From: Blepharisma stoltei ATCC 30299
Lineage: Eukaryota; Protista; Ciliophora
Direction: 5' to 3'
Assembly: GCA_965603825.1 (NCBI GenBank)
Contig: CBFDEM010000056.1
Coordinates: 62,001-126,000, forward strand
DNA length: 64,000 nucleotides
This document shows positions 32,223 to 46,782 of the stretch, piece by piece; the first letter of the stretch is position 1, and every line of letters begins with the position of its first letter. Under the pieces are notes generated by a model. That model ran no database searches and was not told the origin of the DNA. It saw only the letters and a program-made list of their open reading frames with translations. The translations under genes were made by a program, and so were the position numbers.

Positions 32223-35200
32223 ATGTCAGAAAGCACTGAAGAATATAGATCAACTTATGCCAGAATTAGACATTATCTTGATAAGGAAGAGTACGACCCT
32301 AAGGATTTTCTTGACGAAATTTCAAGAAACATCGAGAAATTCGAAAAAGGTGAAATGCCTCAAGAACAAGCGACTTCTTTTGTCAACACTTATCTGCCTA
32401 ATTTTATCAAAACTCTGCTGGAGAGAAAATATTATCACTTAAACTACCAAGCTCAAATAGGTGCAAACGAGTTCTTAAAGAAAACCTTGCTGTTTTGTAT
32501 AAAATACCTTAAGCCAGAAAACCATGGGCTAATTGACATTCTAATCAAAATTTTTACTGAAGAAAAAACTTATTACGATAATCGCTATACCTTGAGATCT
32601 CATGAGATTGAGCTTGTCATGAGAGAAATGTGAAACAAAGAGCACGAGGAAAGAGTCGGCGACCCAGAAACCCTAGAAATTACCCCAAGATTTGCAATAG
32701 TCCAAAACTGTTGTTCACTGAATTGCTTTTTTACATATAATTTGAACTTTTTTGGCATCCATGGAGGCTTTAACAAGGTTTTATCCTATATAACTAGTGA
32801 TCCTCACCCTCCTATAGACCACATGCATATTTTTCTCGTTTGGTTTCTTAATTTAAGAGAATTCCTCGATCATGACGTCTGGAAAAAGCATGCCAAATTA
32901 TTTTATAAAGCCACGATAAAAGCTGTTATGAGCTTAAACGATGAAGAATTCAGGTCAGCCCCTAAACAAGACATCCAGACCTTAGTGAGCCACTTAGAAA
33001 CCCTACTAGAAAAACTCTACACAGAAAGCAAAATCGGCCGAATTTTGGAAAACTTTGAGCTCGACTTGTCAATGAAATGCTTAAAAGGGATCAATTTAGA
33101 AAAAAGGATCCACGGGATTACTGAAATTTCTTTAAAAATTTCCCAAGCTAAGCACAAAGACGAAGACGACAAAAGATTAAGCAAAGGTGGGTATATTTAT
33201 AAATCAGATTACCACGATACAGCTAGATGGCTTACAACCCAAAGACTTTTACAATGAATCGACAACCACAACCTATTTGAGCTCATATTCGGCCCTAGCA
33301 GCCACCCTCAGTTGGTAAAGCGCAGCGCTGACATTATCCGTTTTTTATATTCCAATTCCCGGTTTTCTAGAGACCATATAGACTTAATCTGAAATTCTGC
33401 CTCTTCTAAGCATGAAGCTGAGCGTGAAGCCTTGATGACCTTAATCCAAGACATCGTCCCCTGCCTTTCTGCTCAAGATTTGCATTACTTTTTTATGAAG
33501 CTTTATCTGCTTCCTTATGCAGAAATTGACTCCCAAGTTTTGTCCTTAATTAAGTCCTTTGTACGGCAGATGTCAAATCTCAGGGCAGGTTCAAGGCACA
33601 AATCTATCAGATATGGGGAGACTGTTCTTGAAATTTCGCCTTGGGCACATGATAATGACCAGACAAGGCATATAAATGTCCCTATGGCTAAGGAGGAATA
33701 TAGAGAAATAGAAGAACAAGCCAAAGCAGTAGAAGGGGAGGTTATTGCATTAGGGCCACCAGAAAATGATTCTTATAGAGACCAAATGCAAATTGCAAAT
33801 GAAGAAGATGCAATTTCGACAGCCCCAGAAGATCAAGATAGTGAAGGCTTTGAAACGAGCCAAGCCCTGGATTTTTTGTGGAACTTGTGCCAAGAAGAAG
33901 CCTTAGACGCAGGAATCTCTAAAACCATTTCCTCACAGACCCTAAAAATCCTGCAGGACTTATTGACAAATTATTATAGATCTGATAGGCTGAAATTTAT
34001 GATAAGGTGTATAGAAAATATTAAAAAAAATAGCAATGTCCTATCCTCATGTCAGCTTTTAGAGCATATATTAAATTCATACCCGAGTACAAGGATTTCG
34101 AACTCAGTGACAGAAAGCAGAAATCATATGATAAAATGGCTCGAAAAAGAGCAGCATTTGTTGTCAGAGATATTTAATAGCTTTATAGCATTCAAAAGAA
34201 ATGCATTAGAACAAGCACAAACTTTACTATCTGAAGGTGGCGAAAAACCAGAGGAAGATAGAACTGATGACGCTTATTCTACCTGCTCCAGTGGTGAAGA
34301 AGAAGATGAAAGCAGAAAGAAAAAATACGAAGCCATTTTTAAACAAATTCAAGTCTCTAAAGATATGGACGTGAACTATATTGAAGAAATAAAAATGAGA
34401 CTGGAATTTTTGAAATTTTTGTACTCAAATTCCTCAGAAAGTATTCATCCTAAGCATGCCCAGCTGCTATGAGATACCTTAGTTATTAATTCAGCCACTG
34501 AAAGTGAACATGAAGAGTATTTTTCGTGGCTTGTCAAAACTTTAACTAATTGGCATGGAGACTATGCGGCTTTTGACGATGATATCATACACTTAATTTT
34601 TACTGATATGCTATTAAAGCTTGACCCTCGATTTTATTCCTCAGGGGCTTATAAATGCTTTGAAACTGTATTTATCAATATCAATAAGCAGCATGGGCTA
34701 CTATATAAGTATGATTTTGATGAAGAAATTGATGTAAAAGACATCACTTTATTAGGGATCCAAGCACTATGGGAACTTATTTTGCAAGCTAGGATTGAGT
34801 CTGTATTTAAGGACGCCTCAAAATTGCTAAACCATCTGTATAAAGGTCTGAGAAAATGCACCCCAGATATCCAGGAAGATTTTTTAAGAAATTGTATGCA
34901 GCATATTAAGATGGGGGCTGAAGCCATCCATGAGCTGCAAGATGTGGACTCTTTAAATAGAGTTTCAAGGGCTTTATCATTATTAGTTGATTTTATTGAA
35001 GATTTTGAAGGAAGAAATTTCAATAAAGCAGCCGACAATGGATTTCCTATAGAAATTGTGGTGGATAATAAAATTGATGGAGCTATGCCTCCTAAGATAT
35101 TTAACGTTACCTTATACAGTGAAATGCCTATTGGCGACGCAAAAAAACTAATTGCAAGCAAGCTTAATCCACCTATGCCGGTAAGCTCTTTACAAATCAT

Positions 35201-38200
35201 CAACATGGGCAAAATCCTTGACGCTCGAAAAGACGCTAAAACAGTCAGTGAGCTTGGAATAATTGAAAAAGCCAGATTTTTAGTATTCGAAATCAGAAAA
35301 GATTTCGACACTTATGAATACGAATCAGGCATGCCAGCCCCAGACGAGCAGTTTGTAGTAAGACCTGAAGATTTAGAGTCCTTAAAACTTCTATTTGAAG
35401 GTGCTGAAGATGATCTACTCAAACTTGCTTTAGAAAAAGTCTGTGGGTCTATTAATGACGCAGTAGATTTACTACTCGACGAAGAAAGCAAAATGAAGCT
35501 TCAAAAGCAATTAAATGAAGCTGCAAAAGTCGCGGTCAAGCCAAAAGTAGCCGAAACATATAGACTAAGCAATATTTTGAGCAATACCAATGAATATTTT
35601 AACTTGCTTTTCGAGCTCTTTGAGTTAGGGAATTCTGCGATAAATTCCCAAATTTGGATCCTTTTAAATAAAATCCCAGTAAACCAAGAAATGTATGAAG
35701 GCATAAAAACGTTAAAAGTTCATATAGAAACGGCTGAAGCTGACTGGAATTCTTTACTTGACAAGTCTTGTATGTATAAGCTTCTTTACTCTTTACAAAT
35801 TGTTAACTCCTTTATTCTGCTACCTGAAGACTCTACACAAACTCATGAAGAAATCGAAGAAAGACAGTCCTGGAGGGCCAAATTCCTCGACTTAGGCGGT
35901 TTTCATCACCTTTATTCTATTTTAATGAACTCTCAGCAGTTTCAGATGTCATCAGAACAGTACAAATCCAACGCAAAATGTGTCGGATTTCTGCTTAATG
36001 TTGTAAAACTGTTTATTCAGGCGGCTTTGTTAAGTGAGCCTTGTGAGGATCTGCAGAATATTTTTAGCCCAGAAAAATTAAAAAAATCAAATTCACAAGG
36101 CAAAGATTCGAATATTTTGGAAGAAGAATTGCCAAGCTTAATAAGAAAAATGAGTGGAGGAGCTGCCGAAAGAATGATTGAAGAGATTGATTTTAATGGG
36201 CTAATTTCTAAACTGATTGAGCTTATTAGTGAAAATATTCAGCTGTCACATGAAAATGAAGCGGTTTTACTTATAGAGAGCGCTTTAGACTTATTACTGC
36301 CCATAGTAATATACAAGCCAAACTTATTGTGTGACTTATACGAAAAAGAAAGCTTTAAGCAGCTAATAATTGCATCACTCTTAGTCACAGAAAATTCTAG
36401 CATCAGGGAAACTATGAAAAATACATTATCTACTATTTCAGAGACCATAAAAAATCCTCCAAACGGCATTGAACCACCTAAAGAATTTTTATTAAAAATT
36501 TTACTAGAAAAAATCCCTAAAGACTCCACATCAATTTGTGACGAATTTTTTGACCTTTTGACGATCATTATAGAGCTCTGCAATTTTACAGACCCAAGCT
36601 TGATGAGTGACAGCATTGAACTGATTTTTAATAGAGAAATGATAGAAGACCGGACGCTCGGAAACCAAGATAAAGTCCTTACAGGGTTCATGAAAATAAT
36701 CAAAACCTTGCTTAATCTGTCACCAGACTATAAAGAGCAGCTTACCGAGCTTCTTGAGTACACCTATAAATGCCTTTTTGAGATCCCTGAGCATGCGGCT
36801 GGAAAATCATCAAATCCTCCCCCTAAATGTAAGCATGTCAATACAAGAAAAGCAGCTTTTGCGTTATTACTAGAATTAAGCTCAGGATGCAGCCAAAATG
36901 CGACAGTTCTTTTGAAAAAATTATATGAAAACCATTCTGATAACAAGCAGTCAGGGTCTTTTGATAGTGATATTTCTACAAGGGCGGCTTGTGGGTATGT
37001 CGGGCTGAGAAATTTAGGCTCGACTTGTTATATGAATTCTTTATTACAGCAAATTTATATGATGCCTGAGCTGCGAAAAGGGATTTTAGATACAAAAATT
37101 GTAATTAATGAAGAAATGGACAGTTTAGATGATAATTTGATATACCAGCTGCAGCTGATTTTAGCGAATTTGAGTGAAAGCGAAAAGCAGTTTTATGAGC
37201 CGAGAGGATTTTGTAATGCTTTTAAAGGGTATGATGGAGAACCTATCAATGTAAGAATCCAGCAAGATGCTGATGAGTTTTTTAACCTTTTGTGTGATAA
37301 GCTTGAAGAAGAAATGAAGCCGACTCGCCAAGCAAAATTGTTAAGAAACCATATGGGTGGCAGCCTTGTCCACGAAATTGAGTCTTCAGAGCCTGATTTT
37401 CCTTACAAAAGTGAAAGAGACGAGCAGTTTTTCCGAATTTCTTTAGACATCAAAAATAAAAAAAATCTCTCAGAAGCCCTAGATCTCTACATAAAAGAAG
37501 ACAAACTAGAAGGCGACAACAAATATTTCTGTGACCTTTACAATCAAAAAATAAATGCTAAAAAGCGCTGCTTGATTAACACCTTAGCCAATACAGTAAT
37601 TATTCAGCTGAAAAGATTTGAATTTGATTTAACCAGAATGGCAAGAGTCAAGGTAAACGATTATTGTGAATTTCCTATTCATTTAAATTTAAAGCCTTGG
37701 ACTAAGGACGGCATTAATGGGAACTCAGAGAAGCCAGACAGTTATTATCAGTATGAGCTTGTAGGGGTTATAGTCCATTCAGGAGGTGCAGATGCAGGGC
37801 ATTATTATTCGTTTATTAAGGACAGACAAGGTGAAAAATGGTTTAGGTTTGACGATAGGGTCGTGGAAAGCTTTAATATAGAAAATCTTAAAGAAGAATG
37901 CTATGGAGGGGAGTCGACTTATAGCTGGGGGTCTAGTAGCCAGTATTACTCTAAAACAAAAAATGCTTATATGCTTGTGTATGAGAGATTAAGTCCGATA
38001 GTGATTGAAGAAGATGCAGAAATAATAGGAGAGTCCTCAGAAGTGTCGAAAACTGATGAAATTTTCCAGAAAATTTGGATTGAAAATATGGAATTTTTCA
38101 GAGATTTGCTATTTTTCGACACAAGCTACTTTGAGATGGTCAAAACTTTTGTTCAGAATTTCGAATTTGACCCTGTAAGCGAAATAAGTCCCGCTATGTC

Positions 38201-39842
38201 TGACTGTGAGATTTCAAAAGAAAAAAGAAAAATGACCGAATTTATCCTAAAAGACAAAAAGCGGCTACAAATGACACCTAATATGATATCCCACGAGCCT
38301 GATTTCCGAGATATTTACATGGAGACTCGCAGTGAGCTTCTTTATGAGTCAATCCAAGAATCTGACGACTATGGTCTAAAGCTAATAAAACTTGGCACCC
38401 TTTTTGCTTATGAAATGCTGATAAGAGCCAAAAATCTTGAAGCTTTTAAAAACTGGGTAGAAATCTTAAGCAGACTCTATAGAAACCACGCTCCAGCTTG
38501 TTTATGGTTCATAAAATACCTCAGCAGCCATAAAGATATCATTATAGAAGTGCTGTTTTATTGTAGGGACACCCAAGTTAGGTACTATTTTGCTGATCTT
38601 TTAGCGAATATTCTTGCTTATTCTTGTGAAATCGAAAAAGAGCTGCTTTTTGACTATGAAGATGTCATAAACCTCAAAAGTCTGCCGATTTATTCTTATC
38701 ATTTGTCGAGAAATGAAGAAGATTTGTTTGAAAAACTCCCGAAATCGGTTAGTGTTAGGTTTATTGATTTGTATTTGACGGAGCTTATGGGAGAAGCCAG
38801 GAAGAACTGGAGGAGATTTGACGAGTTTTTTATGGTTTTTAAGAAATTTGTAGCTTTTGGGCAGCTTCAATGCAAGATTGCGATTGAAAGGACAGCAATT
38901 AGGTATATGTTAAAATTCTTTATGAATGGAGCTATGCCGTTCCCTGATAAGCATTTTATGGGTGACCAAGCCACAGATCCTGACCTCTCAATTGTCTTAG
39001 AAATTTTATCATTATTAATTTGTGCATCAGTGACTCAAAGTATGATTGATTCAAGCTCTTATCCCCCAGCCATGCTTGATAAGTCCTCTGACATAATAAT
39101 GGACTCTATTACAGAAATTGATTTCCAGGATTACAGAGTTTATGGAACCTTATTGAGAAACATCAAAAATGACGTAGTCACAAAAATCACCCTACATCTA
39201 GCCTGGTGTAACATGGAATCCAGCATTTCGTTTACAGACGGGATTTTTAACATGATAATGAGCTACAAGGCCACATTTAACGAAGTCTCACCATATCTAA
39301 AAATTTTAGCAGAAATTTTGAAGCTTGAAGATGGGCATATCCAAGAAAGAACTGAGAGATTTTTGAGTGCCCAATTAATTTCTGGGTCTATTGTAGCCAT
39401 GAGATCGACTTTCCTTGAAATTGTATATAAATATAAAGAAATCCACACAATGTTCGCAGTACTTGTAGTATTATGGTGGTCTGACATGATGAACCTTGAC
39501 CCTATTAAAGAAGTCGCAATTCGCCACGCCTCAAAATTCAGGTGGATGGTTGCTTTTATCCATCAACTTAATTTTAGACATTTGCCTCACAGCATAATCA
39601 TGGACTATGAAGGAAAAATGAGAAATGTCATTGACGAGCTCAAAAAATCTCTGCCAAAGTTTGATATAGAAATAAGTTCTGATTCTGACGAAGATTCGCA
39701 GGAAATTGAATTTTCGAATGATTATGGGTTTAATAATAATTCACAGCCTGCAGAAAACGCTGATTCAGAGCCAAAAGAAGAAGAGCATAGAGATGAAGAT
39801 TCAACGTCAAGTGATGAAGAATTAACTAATATAAGGCTTTAA
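32223..39842 (+). CDS. Giant ubiquitin-specific protease (USP24/USP34/USP9 group), 2539 aa, with internal UBL- and UBA-like segments
   Basis: Four ORFs in frame via TGA(Trp). LEKRIHGI, PKCK...TRKAAF.LL, GLRNLGSTCYMNS, QQDADEF, LKRFEFD, HSGGADAGHYYS, NAYMLVYER. Confidence 0.92.
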
Positions 39843-39902
39843 TTTATTATTAAATATTTTTGGCTAATTTTTACAAATATGAAATAAAAATTAGCAAAAA
39901 TT

Positions 39903-40241
39903 ATGCTGATTATAACAGAGACAAGGGAGATAGATTTTGAGCCAAAAATCAAGCTAATTTATAACCAATATGTGAATGGAGCTATGCTTTTTGTGACACA
40001 AGTAAATAAATTCGGAACATTTATACAGGCATATGCAGAAAACCCTGAAGAGCCGCCTGAAAGAAGAGTATTTACAATAGAGACGAAATTTGGGGAAAGG
40101 ACTGATGAGTGGCTTGATGTTTTGGCTCGAGGAATAGTAGAGAAATTGAATATTACTGTGCCTTTGATGCTAGCTATATCTATGGTTACAAGAACACATG
40201 AAGCTTATAATACAATATTAAGAGAAGTGGAAACACTATAA
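39903..40241 (+). CDS. PSMG3: Proteasome assembly chaperone 3-like
   Basis: LFVTQ..KFG, FG.R, AR.I, LMLAIS; 112 aa. Confidence 0.6.
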   Translation: MLIITETREIDFEPKIKLIYNQYVNGAMLFVTQVNKFGTFIQAYAENPEEPPERRVFTIETKFGERTDEWLDVLARGIVEKLNITVPLMLAISMVTRTHEAYNTILREVETL

Positions 40242-40398
40242 AAAGTATTGAATACTTAATTAAGGATAAACTTATAGCAATAATTTGCAGGAATAATTAA
40301 ATTAGCAAAATGACTAAAATAAATGCATAAATACAATCAAGAAAATTAATTTAATTTAAACATTAATGCAATAGCATTCAAAATATATAATAAAATAA

Positions 40399-43300
40399 TT
40401 AATGACCACTACTCACGTTGATTTGAGCTTCACTTACTTCTTCCCTATCCTGCTCAATCTCTGGCATATTTATTTGCTCCTGCTCTTGTTCCTGCTCCTG
40501 CTCCTGCTCCTGTTCCTGCTCTTGTTCATTCTCATTTTCTTCATCATTTCTTATTATATTTGGCAATACCCTATATTCCTTTGGCTCCAGCACCGACGGG
40601 TCTGCAATACTAATATCTCCCGGCTTCAATGCCAATTCTGAATTATCATAGTCCGAGTCATTTATACTTTTCCTCAGCGACAGCGCATCATACACTTTTC
40701 TCTGATTTCTCCCACCTCCAGGCGGCAGCAATAAATTCTGCATATACTTTTTCTGCACCAAAAATGCGCTGACTATAATAACTCCCCAGCCTATCATGAG
40801 CGCAATAAACCATCCTATATTTTTAGGGTCAGCTGAGTTAGAAATCGTAGCCAAAATTGATAAATAAGAGACTGCACAAAGTGAAGCAAATTCCCATAGG
40901 TTGCAGCGGTTATAGTTAAATGGCTGGATTTTATAGGTAAGGCCTGTAAAAGCCATAAACAGGACAGAAAAAACAACTCCAAATGCAAGCTGAGAGGTAC
41001 CTTGTAAGGACTTTCCGATAGCGATTAGTAGGATTTGGACACAAGTTTTGAAGAGCAAGAAAAAGGGTTTTGCCATAAGGTTAAGGCCTGTTTTAGCCTG
41101 CTGCCATAAAGGTCTGGAAAATACAGCGACAGGCTCATAGCAAGCTAATGCAAGCCCTGCCATAATAATATAAGGCGAATGGTCAGTGCCCCAGCAGGTC
41201 ATATAGCAGTCTCTAAAAACCCACGCTTTGTTCTGAGCTTTATGGTCACATACATAGGCATCTAATAGCAACGCTGTAAACGGCAAGAACATGGTATTTC
41301 CAAAGAAAGGCAAATAAAGCGCATTTAAGATACCCAAAACTCTTTGACAGAATGGGACTTTTCGGAGCCAGTATTCTGCATTGGCCATGATCATAATAAC
41401 TAAAAAGAACCAAGCATAGCACAATCCACATACAACAGCTAGCAAAGTCCAATAAGTCTGTTTTCCTGAGTTCGCAACCTTCATAATATCAATCATAAAC
41501 ACATTTGAAGCGGCTTCTATCACAATTTTCAGTGACGCAAATGTAGGAGCAATAGCCACGAATTGGAAAAATTCTACCGCAATAGTGGCTTGGACTAATG
41601 TATCTTTCCAGCTTCTTATAACAGGGTCATTAATTTGTTGGATTTCTACCTGTTTCCATTTCCTATACGAAAACATGCTAAGTGCCAATGTCAAAAAGAA
41701 CATAAAAATGCCTATACAAATCACAATAATTACCCCATCAAAATCAATAGAGACCATATTTTTGGGGAACGGGCAGTCATATTTGCTGCCCCAGGAGTCA
41801 GTAGGGGCGCTTGAATGGCCGCCTCCCCATACAAGTGACACATTATAATCTGTAAACATATTAGGATTTAATGGGTCATATTCCTTTACAGAGACTACTT
41901 TGCTGTGCTGGTAATTTATGACTGTGTAGCCATATGCAGATCTATCATTGGTTCCTTCTGAAAACTTTACCTTGCCTGAGGCTCCTGTGTAGTCTGCTGA
42001 CCTTAAAGAGTCCATAAGCTGTTTTCCATTATTAAAATCTTCTCCACGGTTTATCATACTTTGTATAGTCCAGGCGTATAAATAGACAGTATCATAAGTA
42101 AGCATAGCATAGGTGGTAGGTTCTTCAGCATAAGCAGCATAGTAAGCTTTTTCGAAAGTTTCCCCAGCTGTGTCTATAGGGCCTCTGAAGCCGAGGCCAT
42201 AAGCTCCATCTATGACTTCAAGAATATTGCTTTGTTCACTTTTAGAATATGACGAGCTTATGACAGAAAACAGATTGTCTGTTATTCACATAGCACCGAC
42301 CCATGCATAGTCACTTCCATAAAGAGTTTTGTCGTAGCCTTGTTTGGCAAGCTCAGCTCCTGTGACGTCGCTGCCGAGGTATACAATAATTTTTATTTGG
42401 TTTCTAATAATTTCTTTTAGTGCTTCATCTACATCACTTTTTACGTCATCAGTAATAATCCCATCGACGGCAGCTGTAATTTTCCTTTTGCTTTCACTGT
42501 TTTTAATAGTAATTTCGAGTGTCTGGACGTTAGTAATAAAACTGTTATAAATCCCGATTCCAAATTCGTCGTCTGTATATATGACACCAATTTTTTTCCA
42601 GCCTTGCTGCTGAATAAACATAGCAACGGCCACTGCTTGTAGACCGTCTGGCTGGATTGTCCTTAAAAATCTTGGGTATACTTCTGAAGATGTCAAATTG
42701 GCCCCAGTAGCTCCATATGAGACTAATGGTTTTGGGTCGGCAGAATTTGCCAGAGCCGCTATATATGCTGTAGCTTCTTCTGTATTATAAGGGCCGATAT
42801 ACCCTAATATATTTTCAGAGCCAAGAGATCTGATATAGACACTTGCAAGACTGGCTGTCATTAGTGTATCTTTATAAACGCCATTAATTTTATAATCGCC
42901 TAACATTTTGGCGTCATTTACTAGTTTACTTGCTAACTCAAAGCCTTTTTGTATGCCTGGGCCGTATTTAAAGGAATTTCCGTCTGAGTTGTGAAGTGGG
43001 TATAAGAGACCGATTTTTATGATTGGAGTTTGGTCGTCTGGGACAGAAGTACCAAGACCTGGCCATATAATTGAGGCTTCTTTATTGGTAATTACAATTT
43101 TTCTTGCAGATTGGTCCCAATAACCCACGTTATATAAGAAAAATTCTTGCATGTTGTAAAGGTTGTAATTTGATTGCTTTTTGCCTGAGGAGTCAAAATG
43201 AAGGGGATAAGGCAATGTTGGGGTCGCTGGATTAGTCATCATATATGCTTTTAGGTCGGCCCCACCTATCCTTGATAGGGATTTATTGGGGTAATTTAAA

Positions 43301-44235
43301 TACACATAGCCTTGACATACCAAAGTCAGCCCAGCTTTTATAACACCTAATGGGTTTTGTGACAAATACAAAGAATCCTCTTCTAAAAACCCAATCGCGC
43401 CTGTCTTTAGCACCCCAAACGTTGTTGAATCCAAATCTGCATGCGAATCCTGTGCAATCGCTGGCAAATCTATCATAGAAATGCTGTTTAAAATCCACAC
43501 ATAGCCTGATCCGCCCATAACACTAGAATCTGCTGAATGTAAAATCTGTGACCCAATCACAGAATTTGCGAAAACTAATATGACCCTTGCTGTAGAGTCC
43601 CTGGTTGTGCTTTCCAGCCTATTCGTTAAGTCTACTGAGGAAGTTTTATCTTCGTTATCTACTACAAGCTCATCAAGGATAGTTACTTTTGTCGAGTCAT
43701 AATTTTCCTTAAATACATTTGCCATGATCACATTGTTAGGATTTTGGTCATATACGAGACCGAGGTTTTTTCAACCAAAATTTGAAATTAAATCCCAACA
43801 GGCTAAGGCTTGGTTTCCATAGGAAGGTTCGAGATATAAAGAGTTGGTGTTTGGGAATTCACCATTAAGCTCGTCTAAGGACCGTGAAACTACTAGGTGG
43901 AGGTAATTGTTTTGAACTGCTTCGTAGGCCAGAAACTGTGAGTAGATAGCATTATTTGTAGCATCGATTATTACCCTAACGTTTTTGTTGAGGAGGAGAC
44001 TAGGAATTACCCAGTTGGATTCTCGAATTTCTTTTTTTAAGTCGTAAAAAGCCCAGTAAACTTTTAGGTTGAAGGGGAGGGAAAGGGCATTTTGGATGCT
44101 TTTTTCAAGGCCCATTAAATCGTCAGCAAGGTTGTTCACCAGATTTTGGGAGGTGTATGGGCTGGTTATTAGACCAATAGGAAGCTCTGCGAGAACTTGG
44201 GCGAGAGTCCAAAAAAAAACAACGAGTTTAATCAT
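40399..44235 (-). CDS. 1278-aa membrane receptor-like protein: signal peptide, two Venus-flytrap (ANF-receptor/LIVBP-like) domains and about 9 TM helices
   Basis: Three ORFs in frame via TGA at 43771 and 42286. VFT motifs FGW(TGA)KNLGLVY, ARVILVF, GYVWIL, IIWPG; then IGP, P.VSYGAT, YPRFLRT.QPD, GWKKIGVIY..DEFG, YD.VY, GASG.V.F...DR. Confidence 0.88.
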
Positions 44236-44615
44236 TTTTTAATAATTTCCTTATAAATTAACCTTTGTTAATTCCGAAAAATTATTTCATATTGAAAAAT
44301 TCATCTCCTTAATTATATTCTCACCTTCAATCGGTTATTGAAATAATTAAATTATTTAAAAATGAACTAATAAAATGTTTCTATTTCAATTAATTAGACT
44401 ACTATATTGGCTATAAATGGCAAATTATCAATATAAGAAAAAAAGTAATATATTTAAGAATTAACATTATAATTTAACACCAAGCACTCTAATTGATAGT
44501 AAATAATACCATTAATTATCTAATTTAAGCACTTATATGCACATATAAAAATTAAGAAATAAGCTGGAAAACACATATATAAAGTTTTCTGAAAGATTTA
44601 TTCTATCTAGCTAAT

Positions 44616-46139
44616 TTAATAATCCTTAGTATTTTCCTCTGAGAGTGAGCTAATTTTACTTCGAATTATTTCAGCCCTTCTTTTCAAAATTTTGTCTCTT
44701 TGTTCCCACAATGGGCAATTTCCTTCAACAACGATCGGTGCACCGATAGGAGGCAGATTCATTTCCAGCCTCTTTTTATTGATAAAATCTGCATTATCTT
44801 CAATCAGCTTTATTGTATGCAGAATTCTCCCTCTGATTCCTCCATTTCTAACCGTCTTTGTGTGCTTTTTCAGCGAAATTTTAACAGGGATCATAATTTC
44901 AGGGAAGCTGATAGCATTTCCAACCCCAGCCATATGTTCTATCAATGAATCACAGACTTCTTCAATCAGCTGCTCCTTATACGTTTCACTTGTCAATTGT
45001 TCTTTACTTGCCTTAAGGGCCATAATGAAATGAAAAGCTTTCAGCTTGGTCGGCTTTGATTTTTTCTGAAGTGAAGCAGAAAGCAAAATTTCTAATAAAT
45101 GAGGGGTAATTATAGGGATATAGGTTTGGCTTGATGCTTGGAGAGCGATTAAAAGTCGGATAAAGTGGAGTTTTATAGGGAAATATTTAGGGATATTGGT
45201 TATTTGAAGGAGTCCTTGACAGATTTGGAGCAGAGGAAAGGCAAGCTCACTAAGGTGTGTAGGGTATTTAATGATAGATTGGGCAAGTAAGCATAAAGAG
45301 TTGAGATATTGCCAGTTATATAAGGTTTTCACCCTATCTGTGCTTGGATTTTTAATTACTTCTGATAATGAAAGAGAAAGCTGCCGAAGGTATATGAAGA
45401 TTACTTGATAAGAAGCTGATAGGTCAAGCCCTAGCAAATCTACAAAGCATCTTCTCATTAAGTCAATGTCTTGATACTTGCTCCAAGACATAAATTTTGC
45501 GTTTTTGTCAAAAGTTTTGTACACAGACTTAAGAAGCTCAATTTTGTCAATGACTTCAAGCTCCAATGCTTTTCTAAGAAAAGAATAGCTTGAGAGCTTA
45601 ATCATGTCTTTTTCTTCTCCCCAAAGCTTTGCTGCTTGCTTAATTAACAACTGTGAATACTCTGGCATTAAATGAAGCAATTTCGCTATGTGAGAAAGCC
45701 CTTGGAAAGCAATAGAAATAAGTTTTTCTGATTTTATTACCTTGAGAAGTATCAAAGTGTTGGCTAAAAAACTTCTTAAGAGGTTGTTTAAGCGTTTTCA
45801 GTTGGAGCTTTGGTCTAACTTTTTGCCTAATTTTTTCTTAAATAGTTTTGGGAGCTCTTGTAGAGATAGCACCAAAATTTCGTTGTGAACTTGGGCACTG
45901 CTGAAAATTGGGACTTCCTCTTCACCAGATCTGCAGGCTTTTCTGTACATTTTCAGAAGTTTTTTGGCACCTTGAACGCCTTTTGTGATAGATATTTTGA
46001 TTTGGTTTAAGGTTTTTTCACCAATTAATTTTGTGCTTTGTGTGTCATTTTCATCTTCACTTGGCTCACTTTCTTCAGGAAGCTCTTGGGGTTCTTCTTC
46101 TGATTCCTCCTCTATTTCTTGACTTCTTTTTTTGCCCAT
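44616..46139 (-). CDS. NOC2: Nucleolar complex protein 2 homolog
   Basis: SYQVIFIYLRQL, LYNWQYLNSL, L..PL.Q, YFPIKLH, YIPI, ISFPE; joined via TGA at 45798. Confidence 0.88.
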
Positions 46140-46782
46140 TGTGTGATTTATCGATTTAATATTAATATTGCTATTAAATATAGGTAATTACATTAAGTTA
46201 ATCAAAAGTATTTATTTAAAGAAAAACTTTATTACAAGTAATTTATAGCTAAAATTTGCAGGTCTCTGCACTTCTACAAGCAATTTGAAATTTTATTGGG
46301 CAGAGGTAGCTCTTTCCGATTATTTGCACACAATTAGCTTATCTTTAAGTCTTTCATTAAATAACTTTAATCTAAGTTTTGGGAATTGCAATTCTGCTTC
46401 TTCATCTGTTGAATTCTTTAGTCTTCCTAAGCATAATAAATTTTAAAATTCATTAAATCTGCAAGAAAAATGCATTTCTCTTGCTTTATTTATTTTCGTA
46501 GGAAAAAATTCCATAAGTTGCTGTTAAAATATTATATTTTTACAATATGATTATGCCTTTAACAGAACCATATTATTTTTCATACCATTTATTCACTATT
46601 TTCATAGACGAGCTCTTTCTTTTTCAATCATTAATTAATTAGTTACCTTTTGCACTTCTATTTTAAGCACAATATATATTACTTTAACTTATAAGGCCTT
46701 ATATTCATGCTAAATCCAATTTTTAAATTTTTTAATGATTAGGCCACCATTGTGTTTTTTACTCAATCGCAGCATAAAATAT

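Noticed and set aside
1068-40241. Ubiquitin-proteasome gene cluster (RINGs, cullin, Deltex, USP, PAC3, SprT, Yippee)
   Set aside because: These families are very abundant in ciliate genomes and are interleaved with unrelated genes; enrichment cannot be claimed without a genome-wide test.
40474-40522. (GAGCAG/GAACAA)n simple repeat
   Set aside because: It is an ordinary low-complexity EQ tract in the receptor tail.
46200-46640. Coding-like minus-strand stretch between NOC2 and ADK (similar ones at about 27640-27930 and 8800-8935)
   Set aside because: Multiple TAA/TAG stops, no convincing 15-nt introns to remove them and no recognisable motif.
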